DNA of 63,007 nt from Bacteroidales bacterium. Lineage in GTDB: Bacteria > Bacteroidota > Bacteroidia > Bacteroidales > UBA932. The position numbers and the translations under genes are program-made. The notes under the pieces were generated by a model. It did no database searches. It saw only the letters and a list, made by a program, of their open reading frames with translations, and was not told the DNA's origin. Every line of letters starts with the position of its first letter. Position 1 is the stretch's first letter. The DNA lies in NCBI GenBank assembly GCA_017992915.1, contig JAGONS010000001.1:1-63007 (forward strand). Reading direction: 5' to 3'. This document shows positions 10,401 through 21,001 of this stretch, piece by piece.

Positions 10401-12010
10401 TCGACATATCAGGAACACTGGATAAACTGGCCCTTAACAGCACTAACGGACATTTTAACGATTTTAATTTCATACTGGACTACACAAAGGTACCATATAT
10501 CGTAAATGGGCCTTTCAGCATGAGCGAAAAAGGGGTGGTGTTTGAGAAAGCGATTGTCACTGACAGATTTGGTCATGAAGGGACCCTTACAGGAGGATTG
10601 CAATATGACCATTTCAAGGACATGCGTCTTAACGCCAGACTGAATGCCGAGCATCTACACGGACTCAATACCACAGCCGCAGATAACGATTCATACTACG
10701 GAAGGGCATTCGCCACCGGTACAGTCCGTTTAAGCGGACCATTCAGAAAACTTTTGCTGGATATGAATATCACCACCGGAAGAAACTCCACCATACATAT
10801 CCCGCTAGGTTCCTCATCAAGCAGCCATACCTCATTGCTTACCTTTGTGGACAACACTACAGTCAAGTCCATCTCAGCCTATGATTCGTTGCAGGTGATG
10901 AACACCGCCGCCGAAAAGAGAGGCGGTTACGAATTTGCCGTCAGAATGCGTGTCAATGCCACTCCTGATGCTGAAGTCCATCTCGAAATCAATAAAGCGC
11001 TGGGCGATGTCCTTAAGACTCGTGGATCCGGACAGTTGGTGATAAATGCCGCCACAGATCTGTTTGACATAAAAGGTAACTATAATATCGATGAAGGCAG
11101 TTACAAGTTCGTGATGCTGGGACTCGCCTCCCGTGACTTCATCATCAATCCGGGCGGCACTATCAATTTCACCGGAGATGTAATGAAATCTGACCTCAAC
11201 CTTGAGGCCATATACCGTACGAAAGCCTCCATAGGTACTCTGATAGCCGATACTACCTCCATCAGCACCAGGCGCACGGTTGACTGCGGCATCGGCATTA
11301 CCGGTAAACTCGCCAATCCCGAACTCAATTTCTCCATTGATATTCCCGATTTGGACCCCACCATCAAAGGACGTGTGGAAAGTGCCCTGAGTACCGAAGA
11401 TAAGCGTCTTAAACAGTTACTTACTCTGCTCCTTTCAGGCAGTTTCGTGCCTGACGAACAGTCAGGCATTGTCAACAACACCACCGTACTTTACTCCAAT
11501 GCCTCCGAGATCATGGCCAACCAGCTCAACAATGTCTTCCGCCAACTCAACATTCCTCTCGACCTTGGATTCAATTACCAACCGGGAGAGAAAGGACGCG
11601 ACATATTTGACGTGGCAGTCTCGACTCAGTTGTTCAACAACCGTGTCAACATAAACGGAAACATAGGTAACAGGCAATATATGACCTCCAATCAGAGTGA
11701 CCTGGTGGGTGATGTCGATGTGGAAATCAAAATCGATCGTACCGGCAGGGTACGCCTCACTCTATTTTCTCATTCGGCAGACCAATACAGTAATTACCTC
11801 GACCAGTTACAGCGCAACGGAATAGGTCTATCTTATCAGGAAGAATTTGATGACTTCAGAGAACTTTTCAGAAAGATATTCTGGAGTAAAAGACGCCGCG
11901 ATGAGTACGCCGCCCAACAGGCAAGAGTTCTTGAAACACGTCGAATGGATCCCCTGCAACGGATGCAGGAACAAAAATCAGAGCAAACGCAAGGAGCCAC
12001 CATCAGGTGA
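7430..12010 (+). CDS. tamB: Translocation and assembly module protein TamB (DUF490-type giant envelope protein)
   Basis: 1526 aa with an N-terminal TM anchor, a long beta-rich body, and a C-terminal DUF490-like region (NPELNFSIDIP, LLLSGSF). The start codon is uncertain; see findings. Confidence 0.8.
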   Translation: MVILLALVPTSLYIAIQMPAFQTFVGNKVSSVLSDKINGDISVGKISYALFNRLIVKNVLVTGFAGDTIVHTNKISVNLHTRSLISGEIKAGKIVIDGGEFNICQITPEESNLALLLKKNETRQGEEPAEAMQEESDKKSEGWPKPVNIDKIEIRDFTFRALDTFDITTYADPRTIDWSNIVLNEINLSARNLHMDEDVTVELDNLSFKEGNGLNINAFSGNIRLGDVLEYNGLDTITRKEIYIDDMLYDDGYSRLVTEYYSMRFDDFSDFSDYVRKVYMGLDLKEESFLDFQSLRSYTDELSYFTLKFYLSGETKGTVSNLITRSLKVQSKTKQTLLDFSAHLSGLPNAGETMASFDIKRCYTTTAEIADIVESVTDTPIDKKAIGSFAKGERIHFDGSLNGFFEDFVAFGELGSEDLGNFKVDIICRNERGAGYELIGFIKSRAFDLGRLMGNSLLGDFTCDATVSAVLGKESSIDIENISISELGFNNYNYSNILASGRLANNEFDGRVICSDPNLNFMFHGVFALAGKSSNSLYKFNLALGHADLHALNFDKREISRLKLLADADFTKTKSGDLYGDILIKNFVCSLGNDNYDVGNINLRSTSYKNDYKLQLKSSFARADYAGTAPISSFISDLLKLTAEHHLSHLFETKEKAEGLPDINENYSFTLQTFDMRPVCSFLMPGLYVEDRTNINVRMTSDDKLKININSPLLAYKHNYIRDLDLTVDNRDSMITTIARSGMLQSGNAKGYDAIIKALVKDNAIGLNLGFDNGKERATYADLNAKVSFPEPKENGLNILADFYPSNIVINGENWSLNPSSIGYREKDISVAGFGLSNGDQTIRFDGRLSANPKDTLLVTLNRFDASVANPIIGIPLDIKGFLTGKAEVFGIFSDNKGILLNIDGEKMSIAGDQIGDLDILTRWNEAAKCFDFLVNNRKNEFTPLHLAGSYFPNKKSVEGNLSLDKFSLVCLNPVVEGVISDVSGSISADIDISGTLDKLALNSTNGHFNDFNFILDYTKVPYIVNGPFSMSEKGVVFEKAIVTDRFGHEGTLTGGLQYDHFKDMRLNARLNAEHLHGLNTTAADNDSYYGRAFATGTVRLSGPFRKLLLDMNITTGRNSTIHIPLGSSSSSHTSLLTFVDNTTVKSISAYDSLQVMNTAAEKRGGYEFAVRMRVNATPDAEVHLEINKALGDVLKTRGSGQLVINAATDLFDIKGNYNIDEGSYKFVMLGLASRDFIINPGGTINFTGDVMKSDLNLEAIYRTKASIGTLIADTTSISTRRTVDCGIGITGKLANPELNFSIDIPDLDPTIKGRVESALSTEDKRLKQLLTLLLSGSFVPDEQSGIVNNTTVLYSNASEIMANQLNNVFRQLNIPLDLGFNYQPGEKGRDIFDVAVSTQLFNNRVNINGNIGNRQYMTSNQSDLVGDVDVEIKIDRTGRVRLTLFSHSADQYSNYLDQLQRNGIGLSYQEEFDDFRELFRKIFWSKRRRDEYAAQQARVLETRRMDPLQRMQEQKSEQTQGATIR

Positions 12011-12901
12011 CACCTCAAGCACAGCCTCCCTTCCCAACACAAGTGAATAATTTGGCTGCTCGTGGCCACACGGGAATCCGAAAAGCACCGGACAATCGAG
12101 ACGATCGGTATGTTCCTTTATGAGGGTATATACATCTTTTTCCCACTTATCGCTATCCGCCGTATCGGTAAATTGGCCGATAATCACACCTTTGAGACGA
12201 TCCAGCATACCTGCACAACGCATGGTGAGCAACATTCTGTCTACCGTGTGCATCTTCTCGTCAATATCCTCAATAAACAGAATGGAGTCCTCTTCGAAAA
12301 GGTTCTGGATATGAGTGCCGATGGTGCTGGCAAAAAGGCATAAATTGCCTCCAACCAGCCTGCCCCTGCATTTTCCTATTTTACTGAATGGATGTGGAGC
12401 TGTGGAGTAGTGCATATCGGCACCGAAAAGTGCATTATGAAGTGAATCGAAGGTCTGCGGTAACGCTTCCCCAAAGGTACTGGGCATGGCTCCGAGTATT
12501 GACTCAATTCCCAGCGAGCGCAGTGCACTATGGAAGATGGTGATGTCGCTGAATCCGACCAGCCATTTCGGGTGTTCCCTAAATAGGTTGAGATCCAAGT
12601 GGCTGAGAGTACGCATCGAGCCATAGCCGCCGCGGTAGGAGATTATCGCCTTAATCTCATCGTCAAGAAGCATTTCGCAGATATCTTCGGCACGAAAAGC
12701 ATCTTCTCCTGCAAAGTCACCGGGGAGTGAGTGATATAGGTGTTTTCCCTTTTTGACCTTGAGCCCCCAGGAGTTGAAGATGGAGCTCCATTTTTCTTCG
12801 TATTCGGGTGTAAGTTGAGATTCCGATATGGCTGATGCCATAGCTACAAGTCCTATCGTATCACCCGGTTTGAGGTATGAGGGTCGGATAAACTGTCGCA
12901 T
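11978..12901 (-). CDS. ldcA: LD-carboxypeptidase (peptidase S66, LdcA/MccF-like)
   Basis: Nucleophile motif VGFSDITIFH, YRGGYGS and a C-terminal GH motif; 307 aa. Its 3' end overlaps the tamB 3' end (convergent). Confidence 0.85.
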   Translation of the reverse strand: MRQFIRPSYLKPGDTIGLVAMASAISESQLTPEYEEKWSSIFNSWGLKVKKGKHLYHSLPGDFAGEDAFRAEDICEMLLDDEIKAIISYRGGYGSMRTLSHLDLNLFREHPKWLVGFSDITIFHSALRSLGIESILGAMPSTFGEALPQTFDSLHNALFGADMHYSTAPHPFSKIGKCRGRLVGGNLCLFASTIGTHIQNLFEEDSILFIEDIDEKMHTVDRMLLTMRCAGMLDRLKGVIIGQFTDTADSDKWEKDVYTLIKEHTDRLDCPVLFGFPCGHEQPNYSLVLGREAVLEVSPDGGSLRLL

Positions 12902-12913
12902 CTGATGTATGGA

Positions 12914-14962
12914 TTACTGTTTGCTATCGCGTTTGCGCTTTGGATATGCAATACGCGCGTGATATGTCTGCTTGATCTGCCGTTTAAAGCACTCTTTGAC
13001 GGTATTTATTTCCTTGAGTGAGATGTCCGCACGGACAAGCTGTTGGTCTGAGAGACGTGAACCGAGAATCTCCTCAACCAGTTCGGAGATACTTTCATCA
13101 GTATATTTCTTGAGTGAGCGCGAGGCGGCCTCGACAGCATCCGCCATCATCACAATCACTTGCTCTTTAGTAGTAGGAAGCATCCCTCTATATGTAAAAG
13201 GTGCGGTGTTCTTAGGGTCACCTCCGTTGTTGCAATATACATTGTAAAAATAGAGAGTCATCGATTGCCCGTGATGCGAGCGTATGAAGTCTTTTATCAC
13301 ATCCGGAAGATGGAATTTACGGGCAAGCGCAAGTCCGTCATCTACGTGACGAATTATATCTGCTGCGCTCTCCTCAGGGGTGAGGCCTTTGTGGTAATTA
13401 TCCTGTCCGCTTCCGGGATTTGTATTTTCTATGAAACAGGCGGGATTTTCAATTTTTCCCACATCATGATACATTGCACCGGCTCTTGCCAGCATTGCAT
13501 TGGCGCCAATTTCCCGCGCAGCATTTTCGGCCATATTTGCCACCATGAGAGAGTGCTGGAAAGTACCGGGGGCACGGTGCGACAGTTCCTGAAGCAGGGG
13601 ATTGCTGCTGTCGGTAAGGTCAAAGAGACGGGAGTATGATGTAAATGAAAATATTTTCTCGAAGAGGAGAACAAACGGATTGAGAACAACACACAACACC
13701 GCATTAATAGCGAGGAATGTCACGGTGTAACTCTTCCAGATCATCGCTGCATCATCCGTCAACAGACGGAATGAGAGTAGCAGGATCATCATCCCCGCAA
13801 AGATGAAGACCGCATTGAGAAACAACTTCCATCCCCTGTTGAAATGAGCATAAGTGAGCAGCCCGATACTGCCGGCCACCAGGTTAATGCCAAAAAGTTC
13901 AATACCGTTCTCTGCAATTAGCAGAAGCGGCAAAAGCGATATTACATAAACGGGAAAGATGAGTTCATTCCTGAAAAAGGAGGCAGCAATGAGGACTAGC
14001 GCCGCAAAAGGCACCAGATAAATGAGATTTGCTCCAAGACGGTGGACCAAAGCTGTGGCTGCAAATGAGAAAAACGCCATCAACAGGATATACAACAGGT
14101 GACCTGTGCGTCTCAATACCTCCTTTGAAGTGAAGAAAATAGCAAGATATAGGAGTGCAACCAACATGAGTACCGTCAATATATGGCTGAGAATGAGCCA
14201 TCCGCGCGAAGAACTATAGCCAAAACTTCTACTATATTCAGCCTTGTAGGAATCCAGAATCTGCTCGATCTCAGCCGAAACTATCTCTCCTTTGGAGACA
14301 ATCAGCTGTCCGGAGTAGATAATACCCTTGGTGGGCGAAATGTAGTTGACCGCATCTCGGTGCAAAAGCGCAGTAACATTCTCATCGTACTCGAGGTTTG
14401 GTACAATCCAGGAAGGGATATTAAGCAGTGTTATAAGCGAATCAGTAGCCACCTTGGGAAAGGTGTAGCGCAAATCAGCCTGCAATAGACCGGCAGCCCG
14501 CTTCTGATCATAAACCTCCAGGGCAGGCATATCCGTTACCCTTCCGTTCCTGTTGACGAATATCACCTTATCCGATATATCATCTTCAAAAGTGGAGACT
14601 ATTCCACCGTAATAAGCATCGGTAAGAAACTCGGATATATGGCGTGAAATATCCTTCGGAATAGATTTATCAATGGAAAACCTTATGAAACCATCGATCA
14701 TCCTTTCGCCCGTCTCATCGTTGTAGTTGTAATATTCTATTATGCGCGAAGTCTTCTGCTCGATTTCAACAAGCATTTCGGCCTCCGTCTTCAAAATAGG
14801 AAAATCAATCGGAGCAATAAGTGTCTCATAAATCCAGGCTTGCCCACGTGCATATTCATATTTGAATTTTCCTTCAACGGGATAGAGCAGGATCATCAGT
14901 AGAGCCAAAACGCCAAACCAGATTAGTGATCGGTAGTTTTTGAGGTTTCTTGTCGTTTCCAT
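12914..14962 (-). CDS. 7TM-HD membrane phosphohydrolase (HDIG domain, PgpH-like)
   Basis: An extracellular N-domain, seven hydrophobic segments, then HD-domain motifs (FQHSL, YHDVGK, SHHG). Confidence 0.85.
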   Translation of the reverse strand: METTRNLKNYRSLIWFGVLALLMILLYPVEGKFKYEYARGQAWIYETLIAPIDFPILKTEAEMLVEIEQKTSRIIEYYNYNDETGERMIDGFIRFSIDKSIPKDISRHISEFLTDAYYGGIVSTFEDDISDKVIFVNRNGRVTDMPALEVYDQKRAAGLLQADLRYTFPKVATDSLITLLNIPSWIVPNLEYDENVTALLHRDAVNYISPTKGIIYSGQLIVSKGEIVSAEIEQILDSYKAEYSRSFGYSSSRGWLILSHILTVLMLVALLYLAIFFTSKEVLRRTGHLLYILLMAFFSFAATALVHRLGANLIYLVPFAALVLIAASFFRNELIFPVYVISLLPLLLIAENGIELFGINLVAGSIGLLTYAHFNRGWKLFLNAVFIFAGMMILLLSFRLLTDDAAMIWKSYTVTFLAINAVLCVVLNPFVLLFEKIFSFTSYSRLFDLTDSSNPLLQELSHRAPGTFQHSLMVANMAENAAREIGANAMLARAGAMYHDVGKIENPACFIENTNPGSGQDNYHKGLTPEESAADIIRHVDDGLALARKFHLPDVIKDFIRSHHGQSMTLYFYNVYCNNGGDPKNTAPFTYRGMLPTTKEQVIVMMADAVEAASRSLKKYTDESISELVEEILGSRLSDQQLVRADISLKEINTVKECFKRQIKQTYHARIAYPKRKRDSKQ

Positions 14963-14973
14963 AAATTATTTTA

Positions 14974-14981
14974 TAATTTTG
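14974..14981 (+). promoter_or_regulatory. Candidate -7 box (TAATTTTG) for the esterase gene
   Basis: Matches TAnnTTTG, 27 nt upstream of the ATG at 15008. Confidence 0.35.
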
Positions 14982-15007
14982 TAAAGGTAAGAAAAAAAAA
15001 TACTACA

Positions 15008-15850
15008 ATGAAAAAACTAATACTGGCCACAGCCCTATTTCTGGCCACATTTACAATGAAAGCGCAGGAACTTATCATCATCAGTTCCGACCTTCTCAAA
15101 TGTGACGATTCCATTCTTGTATTCACCCCGGGACACTCTAGATTCTGCAATAAATCGGATGACAATACCACTGAAGCCATACCCACACTCTTTCTGCTTC
15201 ATGGCTGGTCGGGATGCTACCGCAATTGGGCAGACAAGTCCGACCTTCAGCAGGTCAGCAACCGTTTCGGGTTCAGGATCATCTGTCCGGACGGATTTTA
15301 CAACAGTTGGTATGCAGATAATGTAGACAAAGAGAAAATGCAGTGGAGAAGTTTCTTTGACCAAGAACTCTATCCGCAAATGGTGGAAAAATACAATCTC
15401 GACCCCGAAAAAACATTCATCACAGGCCTTTCTATGGGAGGCCTCGGTGCCATCAACATTTTTCTTGACGACATATCCAGATTCAGAGCTGCCGGTTCGA
15501 TGAGCGGTGTACTGGACATCTATCATGCCTCACCAAATCTGCTTGACAAGGAGCTTAGCCAAATTCTAGGCCCTTATACGCCTGAGAACCCGCTCTACGA
15601 TGCCAATAATCCAATCGGAAACCTCGACAAAGTGGCAGGATCAGGCAAACTGATGGTAATATCCTGCGGATATGAAGATTATTATGTGAAATCTACTCTG
15701 GACTTTTCGGCAAAATGCCGCGAAATGAAGATTCCCCACATTATGCTTCTCTCCCCGGGACGCCACTCCTGGATCTACTGGGACTACGCCCTTGTAGAAC
15801 ATCTGGAGTTTTTCAAGAAAATTCTGGATGGAGCGAATCTGGGATTCTGA
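15008..15850 (+). CDS. Secreted alpha/beta-hydrolase esterase (esterase D / putative esterase family)
   Basis: Signal peptide, LLHGW oxyanion region and nucleophile elbow GLSMGG. Confidence 0.75.
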   Translation: MKKLILATALFLATFTMKAQELIIISSDLLKCDDSILVFTPGHSRFCNKSDDNTTEAIPTLFLLHGWSGCYRNWADKSDLQQVSNRFGFRIICPDGFYNSWYADNVDKEKMQWRSFFDQELYPQMVEKYNLDPEKTFITGLSMGGLGAINIFLDDISRFRAAGSMSGVLDIYHASPNLLDKELSQILGPYTPENPLYDANNPIGNLDKVAGSGKLMVISCGYEDYYVKSTLDFSAKCREMKIPHIMLLSPGRHSWIYWDYALVEHLEFFKKILDGANLGF

Positions 15851-15939
15851 GGTGCGAAATACGAGGTATGTGTTGCGAGGTTGCTAAACTCAGTACTTCC
15901 TCTCAACCCGTAACACATAGCACGCAGCCCGAACCACCC

Positions 15940-16009
15940 CGTAACACGTAACACGTAATACGTAACACTACTCACTCCCCACTACACACTACATACTCGA
16001 AACTCAGAA
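15940..16009 (-). repeat. Ten in-phase degenerate heptamers (TNNNNAG / TNTTACG) starting at the TAG stop of the downstream-facing gene
   Basis: The minus strand reads TAG|TTCTGAG|TTTCGAG|TATGTAG|TGTGTAG|TGGGGAG|TGAGTAG|TGTTACG|TATTACG|TGTTACG|TGTTACG. A further TGTTACG copy lies at 15909-15915. Confidence 0.9.
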
Positions 16010-17269
16010 CTACTTAATAGACATGTCTCTAATCTCCTCTGCATCATAAACACCCTTGTCGAGCTTCACCTTGATCTCGGCGAATGCATTGAGAGTATAC
16101 TCCACATCCTCGAGTGAATGGACTGCAGTGGGAATGATACGATACATTATGATGCCCTGAGGCACCACGGGATATGTAACTGTAGAGCAGAAAATCTTAT
16201 AATTTTTCCTGAGGTCAATCACTATATTTGTGGCCTGCGCCAAATTACCATCCATAAATACAGGTGTAACACATGCCTCGGCAGGTCCAATATCGAAACC
16301 TCTCTTGCGAAGCCCCTCCTGAAGAGCTCTTGTAACAACCCATAGTTTTTCACGCAGACGTGCGCCTTCTTTACCGCGGATGATTTCGAGACGTTTGAGA
16401 GCACCCTCTACGATAGGCATGGGAAGTGCCTTTGCATATATCTGTGAACGCAAATTATATCTGAGGTAATTAATGATGGCTCTGGGACCGGCTACAAATC
16501 CGCCGATGGTAGCCATAGACTTTGCATATGTACCAATATAGAGGTCAATTTCGTCCATAACTCCAAAATGCTCGGAAGTACCACGGCCTTCCTTGCCCAT
16601 AACACCGAAACCGTGTGCATCATCGATGAGAATGCGGAAATTGTACTTCTTTTTAAGATCAACAATATCTTTAAGAATACCGAGAGCGCCGGTCATACCG
16701 TAAACGCCTTCTGTGAGCAGGAGAACTCCTCCCCCTCTGGCCTTTGCCTCAGCGCAAGCTCTTTTAATGATCCTTTCGCAATCGGCAATATCATTGTGAC
16801 GATATTTATATTTGGTGCCGAGATGAAGACGGATTCCATCGAGCAGACACGCATGACATTCGTTGTCATACACTACCACGTCATGGCGACACAGAAGTGC
16901 ATCAATAGTAGATACAATCCCCTGGTAACCGAAGTTGAAAAGGAAACAATCCTCTTTTTTCTCGAAATCGGCAAGCTCCCTTTCGAGTCTTTCGTGGAGA
17001 GCGGTATGTCCGGTAAGCATTCTGGAGCCCATAGGATAAGCCATACCCCATTTTGCGGCTCCTTCTGCATCTGCTTTGCGTATCTCAGGATGATTGGCAA
17101 GACCAAGATAGTTGTTTATACTCCAACATAGGACTTCTTCGCCCTGGAAAAACATCCTGGGACCAATTTCACCCTCAAGTTTGGGAAACATAAAGTAACC
17201 GAAAGCTTTATCACGATATTGGCCCAAAGGACCGCCTGAGTCTTTGCTTAATCTTTCAAAAATGTCCAT
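16010..17269 (-). CDS. PLP-dependent alpha-oxoamine synthase family acyltransferase (SPT/KBL/BioF-like; possibly sphingolipid or sulfonolipid first-step enzyme)
   Basis: Class I/II aminotransferase fold. It has the DDAHG motif and a PLP-lysine context GTYAKS, typical of the AONS/SPT family; 419 aa. Confidence 0.75.
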   Translation of the reverse strand: MDIFERLSKDSGGPLGQYRDKAFGYFMFPKLEGEIGPRMFFQGEEVLCWSINNYLGLANHPEIRKADAEGAAKWGMAYPMGSRMLTGHTALHERLERELADFEKKEDCFLFNFGYQGIVSTIDALLCRHDVVVYDNECHACLLDGIRLHLGTKYKYRHNDIADCERIIKRACAEAKARGGGVLLLTEGVYGMTGALGILKDIVDLKKKYNFRILIDDAHGFGVMGKEGRGTSEHFGVMDEIDLYIGTYAKSMATIGGFVAGPRAIINYLRYNLRSQIYAKALPMPIVEGALKRLEIIRGKEGARLREKLWVVTRALQEGLRKRGFDIGPAEACVTPVFMDGNLAQATNIVIDLRKNYKIFCSTVTYPVVPQGIIMYRIIPTAVHSLEDVEYTLNAFAEIKVKLDKGVYDAEEIRDMSIK

Positions 17270-17298
17270 GGTAAAAAATATTTAGGTTTTAGTAATTA

Positions 17299-20999
<3,701 letters not shown>

Positions 21000-21001
21000 C
21001 T

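Noticed and set aside
11978-12010. Two convergent gene pairs overlap by exactly 33 nt: tamB/ldcA here, and M23/SirB1-like at 35473-35505.
   Set aside because: The overlapping sequences share no similarity. The equal length looks coincidental, and either stop-proximal region may simply be tolerated overlap.
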